Source: Octopus bimaculoides
Lineage: Eukaryota
Assembly: GCF_001194135.2 (NCBI RefSeq)
Contig: NC_068999.1
Coordinates: 27,364,652-27,428,651, forward strand
Reading direction: 5' to 3'
Length of the DNA stretch: 64,000 nucleotides
The translations under genes were made by a program, and so were the position numbers. The notes below the pieces were generated by a model that was not told the origin of the DNA, did not search any database, and worked only from the letters and a program-made list of their open reading frames with translations. Positions 23,831-37,061 of the stretch are shown here, one piece after another; positions within the stretch are counted from its first letter, which is position 1; each line of letters opens with the position of its first letter.

Positions 23831-24589
23831 TGTATATGTGGGTGTGAACACAGTAATACCTCACTTTAAGAGGACCCACTTTATGAGAATCTGGGTTTAC
23901 GAGTTTTATTTTTCAGCTCACTTTTGTATGGTACACTGAAATTTTCAAGCACAAGATTCAAATTGTGAACGAAGTGCAAAAATTTCTACTGCCATATCAA
24001 ATGTCTCTGCGTGTTGCCGAGAAATTTATACATGATGAAATATTCTCTCAGTTCCAGAGAATTTGTAACATTCATCATTAGCGATGGGAAGGTAGATAGG
24101 TATTTGATATCTATATTTCTTAGCTGATTGACAGTTTCTCTTTTATTCACTGCGAAATATGAGCACTTATCTTGCTGAAGCTCCATTTTTACAATCTGTT
24201 AGTGTAGTGAATGTTACACGATGCAGTTAAAGGGGCTCCATAACAAAAAGGGTGTGGGTGACATTAATCTTACTCTCTTCTGCAGGTCCTACCATGTAGC
24301 CTTTGCATTTTTAATAGGGTTTAAAAGGGGCTTCCTGCTGGGGTGAAAAGCATCACAAATAATATGTTAGCATAAAATATTACTCTTGATAATTCTGTTA
24401 CTGACGTTAGTAGTAGCTTGAGTTCTTATCGAGAGCTTTATGCACAATTTCGTTGTCAATCTCTTAAGGGTATTGAATTTTGGCAAAGCGTAGTGACTCT
24501 AGTATTCGTAAGTGACTCTTGTCCCTTGATTTACTCTGTAACTTCTACCGATTATTAATCTTGTGTGTGTGTGTAAGAATGTGTATATA

Positions 24590-24809
24590 TATATAGTTAA
24601 TTTAAACATGAACAAGCAAAAAAAAAACTTGAAAAAACACGAAAAAAACAACGCGAGGACGTGGAATAAGGACAGTGTTATTGGACGCTCAGGAAAGGAA
24701 AGAAAAGAAAGAGGATTTAACGTTTCGATCGGAGATCTTCGTCAGAAATATAGGAAAATTCCAAAGAAGGGAAGACAGAGAAAGAAAATCGCCGACGATG
24801 CACGCGCAG

Positions 24810-24810
<1 letters not shown>
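24590..24810 (-). mobile_element. Solo Penelope-type terminal repeat
   Basis: Contains an intact hammerhead core, is bounded by (CA)n and (TA)n, and has no adjacent ORF. Confidence 0.6.
24715..24749 (-). ncRNA. Minimal type I hammerhead ribozyme, intact core
   Basis: Minus strand: attt-CTGACGA-a-gatc(tcc)gatc-GAAA-cg-TT-aaat. Stem I is 4 bp, stem II is 4 bp, stem III is palindromic ACGT. Confidence 0.75.
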
Positions 24811-24896
<86 letters not shown>

Positions 24897-25174
24897 CACA
24901 CACACATATATTTATATATATATATATACAAGGAGTAAATAATATTCAAATGAATATTTATATAGATATTTTTGTTATTATCAGCGGCAAATTTAAATAA
25001 TTGATAATAATAACAAGTAGGCGCCTCGTGTGCCCTCTCTTGTAACTATAGTTAATTATAATTATAAATTTTATTCTCCAGCTATTTGACGCTATTATTA
25101 CTTCCTCCAACCTATATTTTTGTTGCAATTTCAACATCAACAACTAGGTATTTTTTATTTGTANNNNNNNNNNA

Positions 25175-26145
25175 TATATATCTAAATGATAAACTTCTGG
25201 AAAGTTTTACAGATTTTTACAGTACCAGTTATGGATTGGATCTGTAGTCTTCGAATTAGCTGTCTCCTTCCTGGTTTGGAGAAGCCTACTTTCTCAAGAT
25301 TAGTATTCAGGTAGTGTGTTACAAGTCCCCAGTAATTACAGGTATAAACCTGAACTTGTAATCTGGATAGAGTAACTGCAGATTTCTCAATAGTTCAGCG
25401 TAGGTATTCTCTTTTTCACTGATCTTCAGCTTTATGTTAACATCCGCTGGGCAGCTAATTTCCACAACTGTGCAGTTTCTCTTCTGTATCCCAAATCATT
25501 ATATCAGGTCTGTTGTGCTTACATTTTATTGAGGTCGTCACTGGGGCATTCCACCAGTACTCCTTTTTATTATGAGTGGCTATGGCTTCTTCCGTACTGT
25601 GGGTTCTTATTTCTTTGTCCTCGGGGTTATCCTTCCGACGGATTTCATTATAGAGTGTCTCAGCCACATCATGTCTCATCGGTAGATGATACCTTGATGA
25701 CATTTTCGGGCAATTGCTTATGATTGGGTGATATCTTCGGTGTTATCTCCACAAAGTCTGCACCAGTTGTCACATTTTACTGTTTTTCCTGCATCTCTAT
25801 CCCTTTTGTGCATCAGGTACTTGGTTGATACTTCCTGTTCCTGGACTGCAAACGCATACCCTTCAAAGTGGGAGGCTATAATCCGGCTATTGGTCCATGG
25901 TAGACTGCTTTGATGATCAATGTTACTATCATCTCGGAGCTTTCTACTAACATATCCATGCATAGTTTTCTGCTCATATAGGCTCATCCATTCATCTGAT
26001 AATACATTGCGGTAGAGTCGTGTGACTTCTTTGGGCATGTATTCTAGGTTATTAGACAAGGAATGTTGCTCAAGAAGCTACCTTCCAAGTTTTACGATGT
26101 AATCAGCCTCATGAATGCAAGTTTGGTCAAGGGATGCAGGTAAGT
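25175..26145 (-). mobile_element. RLE-clade non-LTR retrotransposon, 3' ~1 kb (copy A)
   Basis: MHGYVSRK, FAVQEQEV, CRLCGDNTEDITQ, MRHDVAETLY, HNRPDIMIWD (CCHC knuckle plus PD endonuclease motif). Confidence 0.9.
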
Positions 26146-26178
26146 AAGTACGTATGCATGCATGTATGTATTTATGTG

Positions 26179-26227
<49 letters not shown>

Positions 26228-26532
26228 GTGGGTGTGTGTGTGTGTGCGTGCGTGTGTTCAGAATAAAGAGCAAAAAAGCATGTTTCACAAGTTGCTCATA
26301 ATTTAATTACGTTTAACAGTTCTTTCATTAGCAATAAACATTACAAATTTTATAATTACGAATTTAAGAAACATAATTTAAATTAAATTAATATTCAATG
26401 GCGTTTATATCAAATCATCGGGAATATTATGAGCTATGATAATCAGAATCTGTTACTGGTTTAAATACAAACGAGACAAAGAAAAACGAATATGGCAAAA
26501 GAAAACAAAGAGGTGGGCCTAGAATATTTTAT

Positions 26533-26920
26533 CTCTTATCTTTCACTTCTTTCAGTGATTAGGCTGCGGCCATGCTGGGGCACCGACTTGAAGAATTTTA
26601 GTCGAGTAAATTGACCCAAATACTTACTTTTTTTAAGCCTGGTACTTATTCTATCGGCCTCTTGGGTTGAATCGCTAGAATAAGGGGACGTAAATGCACA
26701 AAAACCGGTTGTCGAGCGGTGGTGGGTGACAAACAGAAAGATAGAAAGACACACACACATACATATACGAAGAGCTTCTTTCAGTTTCTATTTATCAACT
26801 CCATTCCCAATGCTTTGTTCGGTCCAAGGCTATAGTAGAAGACACTTGCACAAGGTGACACGCAGTGGAAATAAACTCGGAATCATGTGGTTGGAAAGCA
26901 ACTTCTTACCACACCAGCCA
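26533..26920 (-). mobile_element. SINE family B, full length
   Basis: Same head, centre and tail order as 10420-10770. Confidence 0.88.
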
Positions 26921-26921
26921 C

Positions 26922-26959
<38 letters not shown>

Positions 26960-27126
26960 ATTAACTACCAACAAAAATAATTGGTAAGCTAACTCAAAAA
27001 ATCATCACCAAGATAGAAGAAAAAAACGACAGTGAAGGTACGCAGACTCTTCAAGAATCGATCCTTTTGGTTATATTAATAATAATAAAAGAGTTACGAC
27101 GCAAAAACGTATATATTCAAATGAAC

Positions 27127-27391
27127 ATATTTATCTTCTTCAATATATATTTCAGTATAAAGAATTCATTAAGAGACTTAATAAATCAAAATTTCTTTAC
27201 ACATCTTCAGGAATAAATATAACATCAGAAAAACTACATTCGGTTTAAAAACACAAACAGTTCATGTTTTTAAACCGAATGTAGTTTTTCTGATGTTATA
27301 TTTATTCCTGAAGATGTGTAAAGAAATTTTGATTTATTAAGTCTCTTAATGAATTCTTTATACTGAAATATATATTGAAGAAGATAAATAT
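27127..27391. repeat. Perfect palindrome, 127-bp arms, 11-bp spacer
   Basis: 27127-27253 is the reverse complement of 27265-27391 with no mismatch seen. The right arm ends at an N gap. Confidence 0.9.
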
Positions 27392-28297
27392 NNNNNNNNN
27401 NNNNNNNNNNNNNNNNNNNNNNNNNNNNNNNNNNNNNNNNNNNNNNNNNNNNNNNNNNNNNNNNNNNNNNNNNNNNNNNNNNNNNNNNNNNNNNNNNNNN
27501 NNNNNNNNNNNTATATATATATATATTCTGCGGCCGGTATGGGCTGTCCGTTGGAACGGACTTTATTATGATTTTTTAACCCCAAGAGGACATCTCCTCT
27601 AGCTGGTTAACGACAGGCGTCTTTCTGTTTCCGTCTACTAAATCCACTCACAAATCACACCCCAATACCCACAGTCTACATATACACACGTAAAGTTGTT
27701 AGTAGGCTGTTATGTATGTATGTATGTATGTATGTATGTGTGTGTGTGTGTTTGTGCGCGCGCGCGGGCGCGTGTGTGTTGGTAAATGGATATGTAAGTA
27801 AACAGATAGATAGGTAATAGGTAATAGGTAAGTAAACAGATACATAGGTAATACGGACAGACAAGCACACACATACACATATATGCATGCATACACAAAT
27901 AAAGACTGAAACACATATACATACATGCACACTTCACACACACACACACACACACACACACAATGACACATATGGAGACACACATCCATAAATAATAGGT
28001 GCACATACATAGTTATACAAACCCATAGACATAGACACACTCAAACGCACACACAAGGAGACAAAGATACACATACAAATAAATATACACACACATGCAG
28101 GTACATACACACACATACAAACGTACAAACAGAACACACAAACACATGAATATGCAGAATACATACATACATACATATATACATACAAGCATGCACACAC
28201 GCATACATATATATATATGCATTCACATACAGACGCATACATGCATACACACATACATACATGCATACATACATGCATGCATACATACATACATACA

Positions 28298-28328
<31 letters not shown>

Positions 28329-28953
28329 GTGTATACACATGNNNNNNNNNNNNNNNNNNNNNNNNNNNNNNNNNNNNNNNNNNNNNNNNNNNNNNNNNNN
28401 NNNNNNNNNNNNNNNNNNNNNNNNNNNNNNNNNNNNNNNNNNNNNNNNNNNNNNNNNNNNNNNNNNNNNNNNNNNNNNNNNNNNNNNNNNNNNNNNNNNN
28501 NNNNNNNNNNNNNNNNNNNNNNNNNNNNNNNNNNNNNNNNNNNNNNNNNNNNNNNNNNNNNNNNNNNNNNNNNNNNNNNNNNNNNNNNNNNNNNNNNNNN
28601 NNNNNNNNNNNNNNNNNNNNNNNNNNNNNNNNNNNNNNNNNNNNNNNNNNNNNNNNNNNNNNNNNNNNNNNNNNNNNNNNNNNNNNNNNNNNNNNNNNNN
28701 NNNNNNNNNNNNNNNNNNNNNNNNNNNNNNNNNNNNNNNNNNNNNNNNNNNNNNNNNNNNNNNNNNNNNNNNNNNNNNNNNNNNNNNNNNNNNNNNNNNN
28801 NNNNNNNNNNNNNNNNNNNNNNNNNNNNNNNNNNNNNNNNNNNNNNNNNNNNNNNNNNNNNNNNNNNNNNNNNNNNNNNNNNNNNNNNNNNNNNNNNNNN
28901 NNNNNNNNNNNNNNNNNNNNNNNNNNNNNNNNNNNNNNNNNNNNNNNNNNNNN

Positions 28954-28994
<41 letters not shown>

Positions 28995-29002
<8 letters not shown>

Positions 29003-29265
29003 TGAGAGCCCCTTCGGTCATGACTGTCCATGGGATTGCACCTAGGAAGTTACCCTCCCAGGCACAAGTCCGTGCGAGGTTGTTTATGGAAGACCAGCAG
29101 TCGCCCATGCATACAGGCTTCCTCTCTCCACGCCACCAGTGTTATCCAAAGGAAAGGCAAAGGTCGATACAGCTTGGCACCTGTGACGTCACAACTCATT
29201 TCTACAGCTGAGTGAACTGGAGCAACGTGAAATAAAGTGTCTTGCTCAAGAACACAACACGCAGA
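28995..29265 (-). mobile_element. SINE (family D): central domain of family C with a different tail; head lost
   Basis: Minus strand: TGTGTTCTTGAGCAAGACACTTTATTTCACGTTGCTCCAGTTCACTCAGCTG, then a tail ending CATGACCGAAGGGGCTCTC. Confidence 0.75.
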
Positions 29266-29269
29266 ATAA

Positions 29270-29957
29270 CCTTCTGTGCTGGCCATTGCCTCTTGAACTT
29301 CTAAGATCTAGGAGGTGTAGTTTCATCCATGAACTGAGCCTACCTTTCCGGTTCATAAAGATACGCCCACGTTTTATCCCTTGTCACCAGATCGAAGAAA
29401 ATCGTGCCTTAATTAGTTTCAAACGCTTCTTGTAGAAGAGAGCTGCCTTCCACACTACTCTCCTTCAAACCGGGTGTCAACTGCTGAGGTATCCATTTGG
29501 CACACACATGCCGATGTCCAAAGTCCCCCGCCATTTTCTGGAATGCACTGTTACCACAGTCTAGTTGTGGAATAAACTGATTGATTATGTCTTGTCTTTC
29601 CGCGCGAATCAATTCGCCCAATCACTAGTGATTCGTGTTAGCGGCTGCAATTCGTCACTCACTATGTCTTTGTCTTGAATGCTGGTTTTCTTTTCTATAA
29701 ACCTCCTCACCCATGTATGGACATTGATCTTTGCAATGATGCATTTCCATAAAGAATCTGTAGCCTTCAATAGGTGTTGGGCAGCCTACGCGCCTACTTC
29801 AAGATTTCAATGAATGCACGTAGCTACTGCTTTTGAAGAACAGGAGCAAAAGTTACTGTAGAGAAAGAGTTACTCTTCTGACATACGCAATTTAAATGAT
29901 CTATGTTCACTTAATTAAAAACTCATGCTGACTTTTTAATTACATTCAGAACCCTCA
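29270..29957 (-). mobile_element. Mariner 5' half
   Basis: FGHRHVCAKWIPQQLT and KTWAYLYEPER. TIR-like GAGGGTTCTGAATGTAAT at the right end. Confidence 0.85.
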
Positions 29958-30139
29958 TGTATGTATGTATGTATGTATGTATGTATGTATGTATGTATGT
30001 ATGTATGTGCGTGTGTATGTATGCATGTATGTGTGTATATATNNNNNNNNNNNNNNNNNNNNNNNNNNNNNNNNNNNNNNNNNNNNNNNNNNNNNNNNNN
30101 NNNNNNNNNNNNNNNNNNNNNNNNNNNNNNNNNNNTACA

Positions 30140-31054
30140 TATATACATATAATAAATAAACAAACTGAATGATAAATCTCAGTTATCTCTCTCTCTTTTT
30201 CTCTCTCTCTCTCTCTCTCTCTTTCTTTTTCTCTCTCTCTCTCTCTCTCATATACACATACACCATCAACATTACTCTCTCTCTGTCACGCACACCCCAT
30301 CAAACATACATACTCACACACACACAGACATACGCACGCACATCAATTCTCCCCTCTCACCACAACTTCAAAAAAAGTTCAGTCATAAAACTGTTCATGT
30401 CTCTTCATTCGACGCCCACTTCAAAAGATTGCCTTTCCTTTTCACTTGTCCGGCCATTGATCGAGAGATAAAACACAAGCCAACTCCTGCTAAATGCAAA
30501 AATCCCACCAAAAATACACACATACACACACAAACGGACATTTCATGTCTTTCACTTATTCCATACTTCACTTAGCTTTTCTCTTCACTTTTCTTAAATT
30601 GGATACGTCTGCTATTAATTCTTACATACAATTCCCCGTTAATTCTTACAGCTTCATTTTCTGTTAAAGCAATTCTTAACGTCAACTTCTTAACATAATA
30701 CGCAGAATTTTCGTATTAATACAGTAGGGTGTTTTGAGGGAGATTTGGCTGCTATTTCTACCAGGTCTACCTGCCATGTAGGAGTCTGAACTTATTTTTC
30801 ATTCACAGATTTGCCTTAGACAGACGTCCAATAGAATTGCTCTTACAAACAGACTACGTACTAATTCTTTCTTCACAACTCCTGAAGCCATTTTCTGACA
30901 GGAGGGGGTAAACTCTTCATACAGCTGGGGGCTCCAATCGAAACGGGACCCGAAATGATCAGGTTGAGAAACGTTGTTATAGATTATGCCTAACCGAAAA
31001 CAATCACAGCCACATCATCCAAACAGACCGGGTGAAACCGGGTTTAGCTGCTAG
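30140..31054 (+). mobile_element. Non-autonomous Helitron (3' end clear, 5' boundary uncertain)
   Basis: GACCGGGTGAAACCGGGTTTAGCTGCTAG|T at 31026-31055, nearly identical to the 3' terminus at 35618. Confidence 0.55.
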
Positions 31055-31059
31055 TATGT

Positions 31060-32660
31060 ATATATTAAAGATAAAAAGAGAAGATGGAATGTACCAAAAA
31101 AAAAAATTATGCTACCACAATTGTTTCATCTTCAAGAAGCACTGCTCCCTTGTTGGCGTGGAACCATGCAATAACACCAGATGCAACTCACAATGCATAG
31201 ATTTCTCAGATAAGATAATAAGGTTTTAAGCCGGGAGGTTTACATTTGAGTTTCGCTGTATTGGGAGATTTTAACAATTAGACAGACGCACAGACAATCA
31301 GACGTGCACATTCATACTTTTAAATTAATACAAAAACATATAGGCGTGCAGATTAATAATTATGCACGTGGGCACATGCCAGTACACGCCACCACATGTA
31401 TGTATGTCAGTCAATTACACACGTACACAGCTATACACACATCCAGAAACACACGTGCACACACGGATACATCCTTCAGAGCATAAAAATTCACCCACCC
31501 AGACACATACAAAGATCACATCAAATCTGCCTCCATAGAACAGACGCACTCACAGAGATACATACACACACACACACACACACACACACGACAGGACAAA
31601 CAAATCCAAGTGTACATTAATACCCATAGTCTCACATGTCTGCAGTCAAGTACATTTATACACTCACATAATTCTACATACAAGCGTTCGTACACAGATA
31701 TACTCATGTAAACATCAGTACACACCATAGACTTCCACTCAGCACACAGGCATATAGAAACACGTCAACTTCGCACTTACATCCACACACTCACAAGACT
31801 ACTCAGAGATATACAGGCACAGAACAATAAACAGCAAATGGGCAAAAGCTCACACACCTGTCGATGGGCACATAGCAATATATGGAAATGATAGCATGAT
31901 GTTCACTGTTCAATGTGGATTATGGTTGTTCGGTGGTAATATTTCAAGGTGACTTTTATGGCATGTAAACAACGTGTAATCCGTTCAGTTGATTTTTTAA
32001 TGGCCTTTTCCCTAGAAATCAAGATGATAGGGATTCTTCAGAGCACAATCCACAGGTCCTAGAATGTGTTGTAGGGTTTTGCATATTTTATAACTGACCA
32101 TGAAATCTCATACTTAATCTTGTCGGTTTTCAATTGCCATAGAAAATCCGCACTAATGTCATGTATCACTTATTCAGTTTTCTAAAATTAAAAACATGAT
32201 TTCTGTATCGATTCTTGAAAGAATCAGCGGTGGCACCAACATACACATAAAGGCCCCCCACCCCACCTCTGTGTGCACAGTGCATTTATAGACGATGTTA
32301 CGATTCGTGCAAAAATTATCCAATGGGGATTGTCCTGTCATTCCAGTTATAATTGGTTGTAGATTCATCATGCTGTTGATATGCAGACTCTGTAGGCTCA
32401 TTGTTATAGGTATATAATTAGTTCTGATGTTTCAGGGCTATCATTTTCTGTGGTTAATAGTTGTTGATTGCCAGTCATGCGAGGATTGAATGTAAATTCA
32501 TTATTTGAGCTTTCAGCGATGGTGCTTTTCAAGGCCTTTCGAAGTTTAACATTATTTATTCTGTGCATATGTTGCACAAGTTAGAGGAGGTTGCATGTGA
32601 CACTTTTACATTATGTCTATTAAATATCGAATGATATTTATGAAATTTCGGGAGGCATCT
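31060..32660 (-). mobile_element. Penelope-like element 3' part with long 3' region
   Basis: KFHKYHSIFNRHNVKVS, NIVYKCTV, YVGATADSFKNR (GIY-YIG). Stem-II-less hammerhead remnant at 31111-31140. Confidence 0.8.
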
Positions 32661-33779
32661 NNNNNNNNNNNNNNNNNNNNNNNNNNNNNNNNNNNNNNNN
32701 NNNNNNNNNNNNNNNNNNNNNNNNNNNNNNNNNNNNNNNNNNNNNNNNNNNNNNNNNNNNNNNNNNNNNNNNNNNNNNNNNNNNNNNNNNNNNNNNNNNN
32801 NNNNNNNNNNNNNNNNNNNNNNNNNNNNNNNNNNNNNNNNNNNNNNNNNNNNNNNNNNNNNNNNNNNNNNNNNNNNNNNNNNNNNNNNNNNNNNNNNNNN
32901 NNNNNNNNNNNNNNNNNNNNNNNNNNNNNNNNNNNNNNNNNNNNNNNNNNNNNNNNNNNNNNNNNNNNNNNNNNNNNNNNNNNNNNNNNNNNNNNNNNNN
33001 NNNNNNNNNNNNNNNNNNNNNNNNNNNNNNNNNNNNNNNNNNNNNNNNNNNNNNNNNNNNNNNNNNNNNNNNNNNNNNNNNNNNNNNNNNNNNNNNNNNN
33101 NNNNNNNNNNNNNNNNNNNNNNNNNNNNNNNNNNNNNNNNNNNNNNNNNNNNNNNNNNNNNNNNNNNNNNNNNNNNNNNNNNNNNNNNNNNNNNNNNNNN
33201 NNNNNNNNNNNNNNNNNNNNNNNNNNNNNNNNNNNNNNNNNATATATATATATATATATATATACATGTATATCTGTATGTATATATGTATATGCGTGTG
33301 TGTGTGTCTGTCTGTCTGTGTGTAAACACATACACACATATACATACGTATGTATTTGTAGAGTTGTCTCAAAATTCTCACTAGTCGGCTTGTAGACTTT
33401 CTCTTTAGAGCGATTGCGTTTGAGTTGATTTCTAATATTTTTTATGTATTTTACCTATGCAGAAATACAGTTTCGTCGTTTCTGTTGAAGCTTTTCAGTT
33501 TCATTCGTTATAGTTAAATTTTATTCCTTCAATAATAAGATATGCCTCGCTATAAGTAAAAGTATAAATCAATATTGTTTTTGTCATTTTTACTGAATTG
33601 GATATTTATGTCTGTGTGTAACAATTGGATATTTATGAGTCCCAAAAGTTGATTTTTCTTTAAAAAAAGGCTATTACATCAACTGTAAACTACAAATAGC
33701 ACGTCGTTAGAAACGAAGAAAAAAAAAATCAGAGGCTTTATAATCACCGGATCTTTAACAATTTAATCACGATAAAGCA

Positions 33780-33845
33780 TGGCAACATTGGAAAAAATAT
33801 CTGTTGTTTGGATAGAAGATAGTACCCAATGTCCCAGTCCTCATA
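33780..33845 (+). mobile_element. Possible pogo/Tigger CENP-B-domain fragment
   Basis: MATLEKISVVWIED resembles the MEKxLxVWIED motif; very short. Confidence 0.3.
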
Positions 33846-33854
33846 TGTCTGAGA

Positions 33855-33951
<97 letters not shown>

Positions 33952-34099
33952 GAGAAACAGAAAGTCTTTATAATTTTGGATAATTATTTATTTAACGTTT
34001 TCATCTCATTTCAGAGATTCAACTAGTGACACTGTGTCATTTATGAGAACAGACTCGTGTATCTGTTGTAATGGTGAATCTCTCGGGTGTTTAGACAAC

Positions 34100-34320
34100 A
34101 TTTCTATACTAATTTGATTCAGCATGCCGCTATGTTGATCTTTGGTGTGATGATAGAGTACCAACGACTGTGTCTTTTTTTTTTTTTTGTCCGTGTTTNN
34201 NNNNNNNNACTGTGTCTTTTTTTTTTTTTTGTCCGTGTTTATGTAGCCTCTCAGCTAAACTCTTAGAAGTCTCCCCAGTGTAAAAGTCTCCCAATGTAGA
34301 TGTATCCCGAAGAGAGCTTA
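34100..34320 (-). mobile_element. GIY-YIG endonuclease fragment (Penelope-like)
   Basis: FYTGETSKSLAERLHKH. Confidence 0.6.
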
Positions 34321-34342
34321 CCGACACGCGTAAGTGCAATCG

Positions 34343-34870
34343 TGTTGAGACCTGTCAATGCTTACTCGACCGCTTCAACGATGAGGGCGGGGCTCTTTTG
34401 GAGAGAATAGTTACAGCATATGAAATCTTGGTCCATCACTTTGAGCCACAATCTAAAAGGCAAAGTATGGAATGGAAACACCCAAAATCGCCGCAGAAAA
34501 AGTGATAGTAACCGTTTTGGGGGATGCAGAATATACTGGAATATTACCTGGAAAGGGAGTCTACAGTCAGCAGAGTAGGCTGTAGTGAAATGCTGGCCAA
34601 CAAACTGAAACCAAACAATTCGCTCCAGAACCCGAGGTCTAGTGTCAAAGCAAGTGTTCTTGTTACACTACAATGCATGCCCACATACAGCTGCATACAC
34701 GGTTGAAACCATTGAAAAATTGGGTTTCGAGTAGCTGGAACACCCTGCATACAGTCTAGATCTTGTCACGTCTGACTATCAGCTGTTTAGACCGCTCAAA
34801 CATCTTTTTCGAGGTTGTCGATTTGCTACGGACAGAAAAGCAGTGAGTGGTACATGAATGGCTGCGTGAC
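34343..34870 (+). mobile_element. Mariner catalytic-domain fragment
   Basis: LLERIVTAYEILVHHFEPQSKRQSMEWKHP and EHPAYSLDLVTSDYQLF. Confidence 0.85.
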
Positions 34871-34919
34871 CCATCATCTGCAGATAGTATTTTGATATAC
34901 TAGCGTTACATAGAACCTT

Positions 34920-35617
34920 TTTTTCTTTCTATTTTGCTAGATGATAGAAATTTCTGGTTTTACTGCTGAAGTTGCTGGTATAGTCAAACTCTTTAGATGT
35001 CAAACATTTACCGTATTTATTCAATAAAGTCAGGAGATTTCTCATTACCTTTGTTCATCGTTGTCTAGATGATTTTTTATAATAGTTATTGTTTTCTAAC
35101 ATTTTAAATGCAAGAACACTATCTTTATCGGCTTCTTTAACTTTAATTTAAGTGTCTTTCTGTAGATTAATTAGATTTTTTCATTCTTGTTTAGAGAAAT
35201 TTGACTTTAAGCTACTATTTTATTTTAGTTGAAAAGAAAAATTAATAAAGTGTCCACAGAAAGTATCAAGGGATTTATTCTTGTCTTTCTTCGGACAGAA
35301 TCTACTTTTACGCATTGCTAGTGATTCATTGTCATTATTATTTCTCTTTCTAAAAGGGTTCGGCTAGTATAAGTTTTCGGTAGAATTCTTGATATTATAT
35401 TTTCATTTCAAGGAAGTTGGACTTTCAGTGAGTGAGTGTAAATTTTTGCTGCTTATTCAATATTGGTATTTTGTCCAAAGTAATTACTGGTGCGAACGTG
35501 CGTGCATAAAATTTATTTTGGATTTCATGTCCATGCTTTCTGTGGTTCTAATGATTTCTATTACGTAGTTGTTTCTTGTAGTTTTCAAGAGATTTGAATT
35601 GTTGGAATTATTGATTA
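34920..35617 (-). mobile_element. Penelope-like N-terminal/RT-start fragment interrupted by a Helitron
   Basis: Minus strand reads IKVKEADKDSV and YTSNFSSKTRNFYHLAK (typical KxADKG and FYxLPKIHK region). Probable upstream continuation at 37062-37560. Confidence 0.65.
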
Positions 35618-36982
35618 CTAGCAGCTAAGCCCGGTTTCACCCGGTCAGAGAACGACGTGAAGAGAGAAACGAAGACATAAAAAAGAGGAAGAAGTGGATA
35701 CGAAGTGGTGTTTGGTCGATGGATCTTGGTAGAAAAAAAAGAATGTCATGGTGAGTTAGTAAGGAGAGCAAGGCAAGACTGGACTTACGTGGGCTGGCAG
35801 GACGATGAAAAAATTGCGGAGTTGAAATTGGAGCAGTTGAAGTTGCGCTGTTACCATTGGAGTGCCTCTTGGTAGACAACATTCTTCGTCCTTCCATCGG
35901 GTGCACAAATAGAAAGACCATGGGGATAGCCAACGTACAGTTGTGCGTCTGAGAATAATTGCTCTGTCAGATTCAAACCAACCGCTTGCACTGATTGTCC
36001 CTGCGCCTTGTTGATTGTCATGGGAAAGCGGAGTTTGATGGGAAATTGNNNNNNNNNNCCTTGTTGATTGTCATGGGAAAGCGGAGTTTGATGGGAAATT
36101 GCATGTTTAAACTTGTAGGTCGTATCGGAGTGGGTAAGAGACATGGGAGTTATAAGCATGTCTTAGCCTGCGGCCGGTTCATTTAAGATTGTTGCCTACA
36201 GAACTCGGGAGCACAATTTTTTGATAATCATCCGCGTACCATTGCACATTTTTGGAGCATCTAAATTCCTTAGCAGTATGATTGGCGCGCCAACTTTCAG
36301 ATGCAGTTCGTAAGCTGGTAATTCTGCGGGTCCCCACTTTTGTCAGATTTGTCATGGGCCGGCCGGCTATCTCAGATACATGGGAAGCTGGATTAAATTT
36401 TTCATCAACACAGGGGAGCCGAAATAAATTTTTTCAATGTCCAAGGGAAGCCAAATCGCGAAAAAGGTTGAGAAATGCTGATCTATAACGATGGTTTTTA
36501 TTTAGGCACATCGTAAAAGTAATTATAATGAATTGCTTAATATAAAGAAAAGTATGTTTTTTCAAGCAAACACAGTTAGAAAAAATATTTCCCATTTCAA
36601 GTCATCACTAAAAACAAAGCTCATCAATTTTTGAATGAAATAATAATTTTATTCTTTTATTCTAAGTTGTAAATTTTGCCCGAGAAATAAAGCAAATAAT
36701 CACCAAATGCATTGTTAAAAATCTGCAACTCGATAGCAAATATCTACAAATTGATTAGAAATGCATAAATTTAATAATAACAATGTTTTTGAGATTCCGA
36801 TTCGAATGACATGAGTGTTTTTGCTTCACTTTTGACACGTAATACTTAAATAGTGGAGGAGATATGATGTTGCTGTGGGCTGGAAGGATGCAAGAATTTT
36901 TTACTAAAACACAACCGGGACCCTATGTAAGACATGTGTAAAATTTGAATGAAATTGGTTGTGTAGTTCTGGAGTTTTAGGG

Positions 36983-37031
<49 letters not shown>

Positions 37032-37061
37032 TTCTCAATTTTATATATATATATAGATAGA
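35618..37061 (-). mobile_element. Composite Helitron carrying a PIF1-helicase C-terminal fragment
   Basis: 5' A|TC(TA)n end near 37057-37061; 3' hairpin CCGGGTGAAACCGGG + CTAG|T at 35618. Internal LKVGAPIILLRNLDAPKMCNGTR and QFPIKLRFPMTINKAQGQS...TKNVVYQEAL (35854-36315). Confidence 0.88.

Noticed and set aside
34016-34073. Acceptor/donor pair giving DSTSDTVSFMRTDSCICCN
   Set aside because: It abuts a decayed GIY-YIG fragment on the other strand and may be TE sequence.
34165-34240. Duplicated segment across a 10-N gap
   Set aside because: Same assembly-overlap artefact.
35998-36101. Duplicated helicase segment across a 10-N gap
   Set aside because: Same artefact; it creates a false frameshift.
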